A stretch of 64,000 nt of DNA from positions 133,798,001-133,862,000 of the forward strand of contig CM059431.1 of assembly GCA_030390025.1 (NCBI GenBank), in the 5' to 3' direction. The translations under genes were made by a program, and so were the position numbers. Source of the stretch: Squalus acanthias. Lineage: Eukaryota. Numbering within the stretch: the first letter of the stretch is position 1; every line of letters begins with the position of its first letter. The notes under the pieces are model-generated. The model was not told the DNA's origin, made no database searches, and worked only from the letters and a program-made list of their open reading frames with translations. Shown piece by piece: positions 20,201 through 32,200 of the stretch.

Positions 20201-23200
20201 TCTCTCTCCCCAGTTTGTGTTTCTCTCTCTCCAGTTTGTGTTTCTCTCTCTCTCTCTCCAGTTTGTGTTTCTCTCTCTCCCCAGTTTGTGTTTCTCTCTC
20301 TCTCTCCCCAGTTTGTGTTTCTCTCTCTCCCCAGTTTGTGTTTCTCTCTCTCTCTCCCCAGTTTGTGATTCTCTATCTCCAGTTTGTGTTTCTCTCTCTC
20401 CCCAGTTTGTGTTTCTCTCTCTCTCTCTCTCCAGTTTGTGTTTCTCTCTCTCCCCCCAGTTTGTGTTTCTCTCTCTCTCCAGTTTGTGTTTCTCTCTCTC
20501 TGTCCCCAGTTTGTGTTTCTCCCTCTCTCCCCAGTTTGTGTTTCTCTCTCTCCAGTTGTGCTTCTCTCTCTCTCTCTCCAGTTTGTGTTTCTCTCTCTCC
20601 CCAGTTTGTGTTTCTCTCTCTCTCTCCAGTTTGTGTTTCTCTCTCTCCCTCCCCCCAGTTTGTGTTTCTCTCTCTCCCCAGTTTGTGTTTCTCTCTCTCT
20701 CTCCAGTTTGTGTTTCTCTCTCTCTCTCTCCCCAGTTTGTGTTTCTCTCTCTCTCTCTCCAGTTTGTGTTTCTCTCTCTCCCCAGTTTGTGTTTCTCTCT
20801 CTCTCTCCCCAGTTTGTGTTTCTCTCTCTCCCCAGTTTGTGTTTCTCTCTCTCCCCAGTTTGTGTTTCTCTCTCTCCCCAGTTTGTGTTTCTCTCTCCCT
20901 CTCCCCAGTTTGTGTTTCTCTCTCTCTCTCTCCAGTTTGTGATTCTCTCTCTCCCCAGTTTGTGTTTCTCTCTCTCCCCAGTTTGTGTTTCTCTCTCTCT
21001 CTCCCCAGTTTGTGTTTCTCTCTTTCTCCCTTCCCAGTTTGTGTTTCTCTCTCTCTCTCTCTCCAGTTTGTGTTTCTCTCTCTCCCCAGTTTGTGTTTCT
21101 CTCTCTCTCTCCCCAGTTTGTGTGTCTCTCTCTCTCCCCAGTCAGTTTCTCTATCTCCTTCCCCAGTTTGTGTGTCTCTCTCTCTCCCCAGTCAGTTTCA
21201 CTCTCTCTCTCTCTCCAGTTTGTGTTTCTCTCTCTCCCCAGTTTGTGTTTCTCTCTCTCTCTCCCCCCAGTTTGTGTTTCTCTCTCTCTCTCTCTCCAGT
21301 TTGTGTTTCTCTCTCTCCCCAGTTTGTGTTTCTCTCTCTCCCCAGTTTGTGTTTCTCTCTCTCTCTCCAGTTTGTGTTTCTCTCTCTCTCTCCCCAGTTT
21401 GTGTTTCTCTCTCTCTCTCCCCAGTTTGTGTTTCTCTATCTCTCCCCAGTTTGTGTTTCTCTCTCTCTCTCTCCCCAGTTTGTGTTTCTCTCTCTCTCTC
21501 CAGTTTGTGTTTCTCTCTCTCTCTCTCCAGTTTGTGTTTCTCTCTCTCTCTCCAGTTTGTGTTTCTCTCTCTCTCTCCCCAGTTTGTGTTTCTCTCTCTC
21601 TCTCTCCAGTTTGTGTTTCTCTCTCTCTCTCCCCAGTTTGTGTTTCTCTCTCTCTCTCTCCAGTTTGTGTTTCTCTCTCTCTCTCCCCAGTTTGTGTCTC
21701 TCTCTCTCCCCAGTTTGTGTTTCTCTCTCTCTCTCTCCAGTTTGTGTTTCTCTCTCTCCCCAGTTTGTGTTTCTCTCTCTCTCTCTCCAGTTTGTGTTTC
21801 TCTCTCTCCCCAGTTTGTGTTTCTCTCTCTCTCTCCCCAGTTTGTGCTTCTCTCTCTCTCTCCCCAGTTTGTGTTTCTCTCTCTCCAGTTGTGCTTCTCT
21901 CTCTCTCTCTCCAGTTTGTGTTTCTCTCTCTCCCCAGTTTGTGTTTCTCTCTCTCTCTCCAGTTTGTGTTTCTCTCTCTCTCTCTCCCCAGTTTGTGTTT
22001 CTCTCTCTCTCTCTCCAGTTTGTGTTTCTCTCTCTCCCCAGTTTGTGTTTCTCTCTCTCTCTCCCCAGTTTGTGTTTCTCTCTCTCCCCAGTTTGTGTTT
22101 CTCTCTCTCCCCAGTTTGTGTTTCTCTCTCTCCCCAGTTTGTGTTTCTCTCTCCCTCTCCCCAGTTTGTGTTTCTCTCTCTCTCTCTCCAGTTTGTGATT
22201 CTCTCTCTCCCCAGTTTGTGTTTCTCTCTCTCCCCAGTTTGTGTTTCTCTCTCTCTCTCCCCAGTTTGTGTTTCTCTCTCTCTCTCTCCAGTTTGTGATT
22301 CTCTCTCTCTCCCCCCAGTTTGTGTTTCTCTCTCTCTCTCCAGTTTGTGTTTCTCTCTCTCTCTCCCCAGTTTGTGTTTCTCTCTCCCCCCAGTTTGTGT
22401 GTCTCTCTCTCTCTCCCCAGTTTGTGTTTCTCTCTCTCCCCAGTTTGTGTTTCTCTCTCTCTCTCTCCAGTTTGTGTTTCTCTCTCTCTCTCCCCAGTTT
22501 GTGGTTCTCTCTCTCCCCAGTTTGTGTTTCTCTCTCTCTCTCTCTCTCTCTCCAGTTTGTGTTTCTCTCTCTCTCTCCAGTTTGTGTTTCTCTCTCTCTC
22601 CCCAGTTTGTGTTTCTCTCTCTCCCCAGTTTGTGTTTCTCTCTCTCTCTCCCCAGTTTGTGTTTCTCTCTCTCTCTCTCTCCAGTTTGTGTTTCTCTCTC
22701 TCTCTCTCCAGTTTGTGTTTCTCTCTCTCCCCAGTTTGTGTTTCTCTCTCTCTCTCCCCAGTCAGTTTCTCTATCTCCTTCCCCAGTTTGTGTCTCTCTC
22801 TCTCCCCAGTTTGTGTTTCTCTCTCTCTCCAGTTTGTGTTTCTCTCTCTCCCCAGTTTGTGTTTCTCTCTCTCTCTCCCCAGTTTGTGTTTCTCTCTTTC
22901 TCCCTTCCCAGTTTGTGTGTGTCTCTCTCTCTCTCCCCAGTCAGTTTCTCTATCTCCTTCCCCAGTTTGTGTTTCTCTCTCTCTCCCCCCAGTTTGTGTT
23001 TCTCTCTCTCTCTCTCTCCAGTTTGTGTTTCTCTCTCTCCCCAGTTTGTGTTTCTCTCTCTCCCCAGTTTGTGTTTCTCTCTCTCTCTCCAGTTTGTGTT
23101 TCTCTCTCTCTCTCCCCAGTTTGTGTTTCTCTCTCTCTCTCCCCAGTTTGTGTTTCTCTATCTCTCCCCAGTTTGTGTTTCTCTCTCTCTCTCTCCAGTT

Positions 23201-26200
23201 TGTGTTTCTCTCTCTCTCTCCCCAGTTTGTGTTTCTCTCTCTCTCTCTCCAGTTTGTGTTTCTCTCTCTCTCCCCAGTTTGTGTTTCTCTCTCTCTCTCT
23301 CCAGTTTGTGTTTCTCTCTCTCCCCAGTTTGTGTTTCTCTCTCTCTCTCCCCAGTTTGTGCTTCTCTCTCTCTCTCCCCAGTTTGTGTTTCTCTCTCTCC
23401 AGTTGTGCTTCTCTCTCTCTCTCTCCAGTTTGTGTTTCTCTCTCTCCCCAGTTTGTGTTTCTCTCTCTCTCTCCAGTTTGTGTTTCTCTCTCTCCCTCCC
23501 CCCAGTTTGTGTTTCTCTCTCTCCCCAGTTTGTGTTTCTCTCTCTCTCTCCAGTTTGTGTTTCTCTCTCTCTCTCTCCCCAGTTTGTGTTTCTCTCTCTC
23601 TCTCTCCAGTTTGTGTTTCTCTCTCTCCCCAGTTTGTGTTTCTCTCTCTCTCTCCCCAGTTTGTGTTTCTCTCTCTCCCCAGTTTGTGTTTCTCTCTCTC
23701 CCCAGTTTGTGTTTCTCTCTCTCCCCAGTTTGTGTTTCTCTCTCCCTCTCCCCAGTTTGTGTTTCTCTCTCTCTCTCTCCAGTTTGTGATTCTCTCTCTC
23801 CCCAGTTTGTGTTTCTCTCTCTCCCCAGTTTGTGTTTCTCTCTCTCTCTCCCCAGTTTGTGTTTCTCTCTCTCTCTCTCCAGTTTGTGATTCTCTCTCTC
23901 TCCCCCCAGTTTGTGTTTCTCTCTCTCTCTCCAGTTTGTGTTTCTCTCTCTCTCTCCCCAGTTTGTGTTTCTCTCTCCCCCCAGTTTGTGTGTCTCTCTC
24001 TCTCTCCCCAGTTTGTGTTTCTCTCTCTCCCCAGTTTGTGTTTCTCTCTCTCTCTCTCCAGTTTGTGTTTCTCTCTCTCCCCAGTTTGTGTTTCTCTCTC
24101 TCTCTCCCCAGTTTGTGTTTCTCTCTCTCCCCAGTTTGTGTTTCTCTCTCTCTCCCCAGTTTGTGTTTCTCTCTCTCCCCAGTTTGTGTTTCTCTCTCTC
24201 TCCCCAGTTTGTGTTTCTCTCTCTCTCCCCAGTTTGTGTTTCTCTCTCTCTCTCTCTCTCCAGTTTGTGTTTCTCTCTCTCTCTCCAGTTTGTGTTTCTC
24301 TCTCTCTCCCCAGTTTGTGTTTCTCTCTCTCCCCAGTTTGTGTTTCTCTCTCTCTCCCCAGTTTGTGTTTCTCTCTCTCTCTCCCCAGTTTGTGTTTCTC
24401 TCTCTCCAGTTTGTGTTTCTCTCTCTCTCTCTCCAGTTTGTGTTTCTCTCTCTCCCCAGTTTGTGTTTCTCTCTCTCTCTCCCCAGTTTGTGTTTCTCTC
24501 TCTCCCCAGTTTGTGTTTCTCTCTCTCTCTCCCCAGTTTGTGATTCTCTATCTCCAGTTTGTGTTTCTCTCTCTCCCCAGTTTGTGTTTCTCTCTCTCTC
24601 TCTCTCCAGTTTGTGTTTCTCTCTCTCCCCCCAGTTTGTGTTTCTCTCTCTCTCCAGTTTGTGTTTCTCTCTCTCTGTCCCCAGTTTGTGTTTCTCCCTC
24701 TCTCCCCAGTTTGTGTTTCTCTCTCTCTCTCTCCAGTTTGTGTTTCTCTCTCTCTCTCTCCAGTTTGTGTTTCTCTCTCTCTCTCCCCAGTTTGTGCTTC
24801 TCTCTCTCTCTCTCCCCAGTTTGTGTTTCTCTCTCTCTCTCTCCAGTTTGTGTTTCTCTCTCTCTCTCTCCAGTTTGTGTTTCTCTCTCTCTCTCCCCAG
24901 TTTCTGCTTCTCTCTCTCTCTCTCCCCAGTTTGTGTTTCTCTCTCTCTCCAGTTTGTGATTCTCTCTCTCTCTCTCTCCAGTTTGTGCTTCTCTCTCTCT
25001 CTCTCCCCAGTTTGTGTTTCTCTCTCTCTCCAGTTTGTGATTCTCTCTCTCTCTCTCCAGTTTGTGTTTCTCTCTCTCTCTCTCCAGTTTGTGTTTCTCT
25101 CTCTCTCTCTCCAGTTTGTGTTTCTCTCTCTCTCTCTCTCTCCAGTTTGTGTTTCTCTCTCTCTCTCTCTCTCCCCAGTTTGTGTTGTTCTCTCTCTCTC
25201 TCCCCAGTTTGTGTTGTTCTCTCTCTCTCTCCCCAGTTTGTGTTTCTCTCTCTCCAGTTTGTGTTGTTCTCTCTCTCTCTCCCCAGTTTGTGTTGTTCTC
25301 TCTCTCTCTCCCCAGTTTGTGTTTCTCTCTCTCCAGTTTGTGTTTCTCTCTCTCTCTCTCCCCAGTTTGTGTTTCTCTCTCTCTCTCCCCAGTTTGTGTT
25401 TCTCTCTCTCTCTCTCCCCAGTTTGTGTTTCTCTCTCGCTCTCCCCAGTTTGTGTTTCTCTCTCTCTCTCCAGTTTGTGTTTCTCTCTCTCTCTCTCTCT
25501 CCCCAGTTTGTGTTGTTCTCTCTCTCTCTCCCCAGTTTGTGTTGTTCTCTCTCTCTCTCCCCAGTTTGTGTTTCTCTCTCTCTCCCCAGTTTGTGTTTCT
25601 CTCTCTCTCTCTCCCCAGTTTGTGTTTCTCTCTCTCTCTCCAGTTTGTGTTTCTCTCTCTCTCCCCAGTTTGTGTTTCTCTCTCTCTCTCCAGTTTGTGT
25701 TTCTCTCTCTCTCTCCCCAGTTTGTGTTTCTCTCTCTCTCTCCAGTTTGTGTTTCTCTCACTCTCCCCAGTTTGTGTTTCTCTCTCTCTCCAGTTTGTGT
25801 TTCTCTCTCTCTCCCCAGTTTGTGTTTCTCTCTCTCTCTCCCCAGTTTGTGTTTCTCTCTCTCTCTCCCCAGTTTGTGTTTCTCTCTCTCTCCCCAGTTT
25901 GTGTTTCTCTCTCTCTCTCCAGTTTGTGTTTCTCTCTCTCTCTCCCCAGTTTGTGTTTCTCTCTCTCTCTCCCCAGTTTGTGTTTCTCTCTCTCTCTCTC
26001 CCCAGTTTGTGTTTCTCTCTCTCTCTCCAGTTTGTGTTTCTCTCTCTCTCTCTCCCCAGTTTGTGTTTCTCTCTCTCTCCCCAGTTTGTGTTTCTCTCTC
26101 TCTCTCCCCCCAGTTTGTGTTTCTCTCTCTCTCTCTCTCCAGTTTGTGTTTCTCTCTCTCTCTCCCCAGTTTGTGTTTCTCTCTCTCTCTCTCCAGTTTG

Positions 26201-29200
26201 TGTTTCTCTCTCTCTCTCTCCAGTTTGTGTTTCTCTCTCTCTCTCCAGTTTGTGTTTCTCTCTCTCTCTCTCCAGTTTGTGTTTCTCTCTCTCTCTCTCC
26301 AGTTTGTGTTTCTCTCTCTCTCTCCAGTTTGTGTTTCTCTCTCTCTCCCCAGTTTGTGTTTCTCTCTCTCTCTCTCCAGTTTGTGTTTCTCTCTCTCTCT
26401 CTCCAGTTTGTGTTTCTCTCTCTCTCTCCAGTTTGTGTTTCTCTCTCTCTCTCCAGTTTGTGTTTCTCTCTCTCTCTCTCCAGTTTGTGTTTCTCTCTCT
26501 CTCTCCCCAGTTTGTGTTTCTCTCTCTCTCTCCAGTTTGTGTCTCTCTCTCTCCAGTTTATGTTTCTCTCTCTCTCTCCAGTTTGTGTTTCTCTCTCTCT
26601 CTCCAGTTTGTGTTTCTCTCTCTCTCTCTCTCCCCAGTTTGTGTTTCTCTCTCTCTCTCCAGTTTGTGTTTCTCTCTCTCTCTCCAGTTTGTGTTTCTCT
26701 CTCTCTCTCCAGTTTGTGTTTCTCTCTCTCTCTCCCCAGTTTGTGTTTCTCTCTCTCTCTCCAGTTTGTGTTTCTCTCTCTCCAGTTTGTGTTTCTCTCT
26801 CTCTCTCCAGTTTGTGTTTCTCTCTCTCCAGTTTGTGTTTCTCTCTCTCTCTCTCCCCAGTTTGTGTTTCTCTCTCTCTCTCCCCAGTTTGTGTTTCTCT
26901 CTCTCTCTCCAGTTTGTGTTTCTCTCTCTCTCTCTCTCTCCCCAGTTTGTGTTGTTCTCTCTCTCTCTCCCCAGTTTGTGTTGTTCTCTCTCTCTCTCCC
27001 CAGTTTGTGTTTCTCTCTCTCTCCCCAGTTTGTGTTTCTCTCTCTCTCTCTCCCCAGTTTGTGTTTCTCTCTCTCTCTCCAGTTTGTGTTTCTCTCTCTC
27101 TCTCTCCCCCAGTTTGTGTTTCTCTCTCTCTCCCCAGTTTGTGTTTCTCTCTCTCTCTCCAGTTTGTGTTTCTCTCTCTCTCTCCCCAGTTTGTGTTTCT
27201 CTCTCTCTCTCCCCAGTTTGTGTTTCTCTCTCTCTCTCTCCCCAGTTTGTGTTTCTCTCTCTCTCTCCAGTTTGTGTTTCTCTCTCTCTCTCTCCCCCAG
27301 TTTGTGTTTCTCTCTCTCTCCCCAGTTTGTGTTTCTCTCTCTCTCTCCAGTTTGTGTTTCTCTCTCTCTCTCCCCAGTTTGTGTTTCTCTCTCTCTCTCC
27401 AGTTTGTGTTTCTCTCTCTCTCTCCCCAGTTTGTGTTTCTCTCTCTCTCTCCAGTTTGTGTTTCTCTCACTCTCCCCAGTTTGTGTTTCTCTCTCTCTCC
27501 AGTTTGTGTTTCTCTCTCTCTCCCCAGTTTGTGTTTCTCTCTCTCTCTCCCCAGTTTGTGTTTCTCTCTCTCTCTCCCCAGTTTGTGTTTCTCTCTCTCT
27601 CCCCAGTTTGTGTTTCTCTCTCTCTCTCCAGTTTGTGTTTCTCTCTCTCTCTCCCCAGTTTGTGTTTCTCTCTCTCTCTCCCCAGTTTGTGTTTCTCTCT
27701 CTCTCTCTCCCCAGTTTGTGTTTCTCTCTCTCTCTCCAGTTTGTGTTTCTCTCTCTCTCTCTCCCCAGTTTGTGTTTCTCTCTCTCTCCCCAGTTTGTGT
27801 TTCTCTCTCTCTCTCCCCCCAGTTTGTGTTTCTCTCTCTCTCTCTCTCCAGTTTGTGTTTCTCTCTCTCTCTCCCCAGTTTGTGTTTCTCTCTCTCTCTC
27901 TCCAGTTTGTGTTTCTCTCTCTCTCTCCAGTTTGTGTTTCTCTCTCTCTCTCTCCAGTTTGTGTTTCTCTCTCTCTCTCTCCAGTTTGTGTTTCTCTCTC
28001 TCTCTCCAGTTTGTGTTTCTCTCTCTCTCCCCAGTTTGTGTTTCTCTCTCTCTCTCTCCAGTTTGTGTTTCTCTCTCTCTCTCTCCAGTTTGTGTTTCTC
28101 TCTCTCTCTCCAGTTTGTGTTTCTCTCTCTCTCTCCAGTTTGTGTTTCTCTCTCTCTCTCTCCAGTTTGTGTTTCTCTCTCTCTCTCCCCAGTTTGTGTT
28201 TCTCTCTCTCTCTCCAGTTTGTGTCTCTCTCTCTCCAGTTTATGTTTCTCTCTCTCTCTCCAGTTTGTGTTTCTCTCTCTCTCTCCAGTTTGTGTTTCTC
28301 TCTCTCTCTCTCCCCAGTTTGTGTTTCTCTCTCTCTCTCCAGTTTGTGTTTCTCTCTCTCTCCAGTTTGTGTTTCTCTCTCTCTCTCCAGTTTGTGTTTC
28401 TCTCTCTCTCTCCCCAGTTTGTGTTTCTCTCTCTCTCTCCAGTTTGTGTTTCTCTCTCTCCAGTTTGTGTTTCTCTCTCTCTCTCCAGTTTGTGTTTCTC
28501 TCTCTCTCTCCAGTTTGTGTTTCTCTCTCTCTCTCCAGTTTGTGTTTCTCTCTCTCTCTCTCTCCCCAGTTTGTGTTTCTCTCTCTCTCTCCAGTTTGTG
28601 TTTCTCTCTCTCTCTCCAGTTTGTGTTTCTCTCTCTCTCCCCAGTTTGTGTTTCTCTCTCTCTCCCCAGTTTGTGTTTCTCTCTCTCTCTCCAGTTTGTG
28701 TTTCTCTCTCTCTCTCCAGTTTGTGTTTCTCTCTCTCTCCCCAGTTTGTGTTTCTCTCTCTCTCCCCAGTTTGTGTTTCTCTCTCTATCCCTCTCCAGTT
28801 TGTGTTTCTCTCACTCCCTCCCCCAGTTTGTTTCCCTCTCCCGCTCTCCCCAGTTTGTGTTTCTCTCCCTCTCCCCAGTTTGTTTCCCTCTCCCTTTCCC
28901 CAGTTTGTGTTCCTCTCTCTCCTTCCCCAGTTTGTGTCTCTCTCTATCCCTCTCTTATTTGCATTTCTCTCCCTCCCTCAGTTTGAGTTTCTCTCTCCCA
29001 CTCCCCAATTTGTGTTTCTGTCTCTCTCCCCCCAGTTTGTGTTTCTCTCTCTCCCCCCAGTTTGTGCTTCTCTCTCTCTCCAGTTTGTGTTTCTCTCTCT
29101 CCCCAGTTTGTGTTTCTCTCTCTCTCTCTCCAGTTTGTGTTTCTCTCTCTCCCCAGTTTGTGTTTCTCTCTCTCTCTCTCCAGTTTGTGTTTCTCTCTCT

Positions 29201-32200
29201 CTCCCCAGTCAGTTTCTCTATCTCCTTCCCCAGTTTGTGTCTCTCTCTCTCCCCAGTTTGTGTTTCTCTCTCTCTCTCTCCAGTTTGTGTTTCTCTCTCT
29301 CCCCAGTTTGTGTTTCTCTCTCTCTCTCCCCAGTTTGTGTTTCTCTCTTTCTCCCTTCCCAGTTTGTGTGTCTCTCTCTCTCTCCCCAGTCAGTTTCTCT
29401 ATCTCCTTCCCCAGTTTGTGTTTCTCTCTCTCTCCCCCCAGTTTGTGTTTCTCTCTCTCTCTCTCTCCAGTTTGTGTTTCTCTCTCTCCCCAGTTTGTGT
29501 TTCTCTCTCTCCCCAGTTTGTGTTTCTCTCTCTCTCTCCAGTTTGTGTTTCTCTCTCTCTCTCCCCAGTTTGTGTTTCTCTATCTCTCCCCAGTTTGTGT
29601 TTCTCTCTCTCTCTCTCCAGTTTGTGTTTCTCTCTCTCTCTCCCCAGTTTGTGTTTCTCTCTCTCTCTCTCCAGTTTGTGTTTCTCTCTCTCTCCCCAGT
29701 TTGTGTTTCTCTCTCTCTCTCCCCAGTTTGTGCTTCTCTCTCTCTCTCCCCAGTTTGTGTTTCTCTCTCTCCAGTTGTGCTTCTCTCTCTCTCTCTCCAG
29801 TTTGTGTTTCTCTCTCTCCAGTTTGTGTTTCTCTCTCTCCCTCCCCCCAGTTTGTGTTTCTCTCTCTCCCCAGTTTGTGTTTCTCTCTCTCTCTCCAGTT
29901 TGTGTTTCTCTCTCTCTCTCTCCCCAGTTTGTGTTTCTCTCTCTCTCCAGTTTGTGTTTCTCTCTCTCTCTCCAGTTTGTGTTTCTCTCTCTCCCCAGTT
30001 TGTGTTTCTCTCTCTCTCTCCCCAGTTTGTGTTTCTCTCTCTCCCCAGTTTGTGTTTCTCTCTCTCCCCAGTTTGTGTTTCTCTCTCTCCCCAGTTTGTG
30101 TTTCTCTCTCCCTCTCCCCAGTTTGTGTTTCTCTCTCTCTCTCTCCAGTTTGTGATTCTCTCTCTCTCTCTCCCCAGTTTGTGTTTCTCTCTCTCCCCAG
30201 TTTGTGTTTCTCTCTCTCTCTCCCCAGTTTGTGTTTCTCTCTCTCTCTCTCCAGTTTGTGATTCTCTCTCTCTCCCCCCAGTTTGTGTTTCTCTCTCTCT
30301 CTCCAGTTTGTGTTTCTCTCTCTCTCTCCCCAGTTTGTGTTTCTCTCTCTCTCTCTCCAGTTTGTGATTCTCTCTCTCTCCCCCCAGTTTGTGTTTCTCT
30401 CTCTCTCTCTCCAGTTTGTGATTCTCTCTCTCTCCCCCCAGTTTGTGTTTCTCTCTCTCTCTCTCCAGTTTGTGATTCTCTCTCTCTCCCCCCAGTTTGT
30501 GTTTCTCTCTCTCTCTCTCCAGTTTGTGTTTCTCTCTCCCCCCAGTTTGTGTTTCTCTCTCTCTCTCCAGTTTGTGTTTCTCTCTCCCCAGTTTGTGTTT
30601 CTCTCTCTCCCCAGTTTGTGTTTCTCTCTCTCTCTCCCCAGTTTGTGTTTCTCTCTCTCTCTCCCCAGTTTGTGTTTCTCTCTCTCTCTCCCCAGTTTGT
30701 GTTTCTCTCTCTCTCTCTCCAGTTTGTGTTTCTCTCTCTCTCTCCCCAGTTTGTGTTTCTCTCTCTCCCCAGTTTGTGTTTCTCTCTCTCTCTCTCTCTC
30801 CAGTTTGTGTTTCTCTCTCTCTCTCCAGTTTGTGTTTCTCTCTCTCTCCCCAGTTTGTGTTTCTCTCTCTCCCCAGTTTGTGTTTCTCTCTCTCTCTCCA
30901 GTTTGTGTTTCTCTCTCCCCCCAGTTTGTGTGTCTCTCTCTCTCTCCCCAGTTTGTGTTTCTCTCTCTCCCCAGTTTGTGTTTCTCTCTCTCTCTCTCCA
31001 GTTTGTGTTTCTCTCTCTCTCTCCCCAGTTTGTGTTTCTCTCTCTCCCCAGTTTGTGTTTCTCTCTCTCTCTCTCTCTCTCTCCAGTTTGTGTTTCTCTC
31101 TCTCCCCAGTTTGTGTTTCTCTCTCTCTCTCCCCCAGTTTGTGTTTCTCTCTCTCTCTCTCTCCAGTTTGTGTTTCTCTCTCTCTCTCTCCAGTTTGTGT
31201 TTCTCTCTCTCCCCAGTTTGTGTTTCTCTCTCTCTCTCCCCAGTTTGTGTTTCTCTCTCTCTTTCTCTCCAGTTTGTGTTTCTCTCTCTCTCTCTCCAGT
31301 TTGTGTTTCTCTCTCTCCCCAGTTTGTGTTTCTCTCTCTCTCTCCCCAGTTTGTGTTTCTCTCTCTCCCCAGTTTGTGTTTCTCTCTCTCTCTCTCCAGT
31401 TTGTGTTTCTCTCTCTCTCCAGTTTGTGTTTCTCTCTCTCTCTCTCCAGTTTGTGTTTCTCTCTCTCCCCAGTTTGTGTTTCTCTCTCTCTCTCCCCAGT
31501 TTGTGTTTCTCTCTCTCCCCAGTTTGTGTTTCTCTCTCTCTCTCTCCAGTTTGTGTTTCTCTCTCTCTCCAGTTTGTGTTTCTCTCTCTCTCTCTCCAGT
31601 TTGTGTTTCTCTCTCTCCCCAGTTTGTGTCTCTCTCTCTCCCCAGTTTGTGTTTCTCTCTCTCTCCAGTTTGTGTTTCTCTCTCTCCCCAGTTTGTGTTT
31701 CTCTCTCTCTCTCCCAGTTTGTGTATCTCTCTCTCTCTCCAGTTTGTGTTTCTCTCTCTCTCCAGTTTGTGTTTCTCTCGCTCTCTCCCCAGTTTGTGCT
31801 TCTCTCTCTCTCTCCCCAGTTTGTGTTTCTCTCTCTCCAGTTGTGCTTCTCTCTCTCTCTCTCCAGTTTGTGTTTCTCTCTCTCCCCAGTTTGTGTTTCT
31901 CTCTCTCTCTCCAGTTTGTGTTTCTCTCTCTCCCTCCCCCCAGTTTGTGTTTCTCTCTCTCCCCAGTTTGTGTTTCTCTCTCTCTCTCCAGTTTGTGTTT
32001 CTCTCTCTCTCTCTCCCCAGTTTGTGTTTCTCTCTCTCTCTCTCCAGTTTGTGTTTCTCTCTCTCCCCAGTTTGTGTTTCTCTCTCTCTCTCCCCAGTTT
32101 GTGTTTCTCTCTCTCCCCAGTTTGTGTTTCTCTCTCTCCCCAGTTTGTGTTTCTCTCTCTCCCCAGTTTGTGTTTCTCTCTCCCGCTCCCCAGTTTGTGT

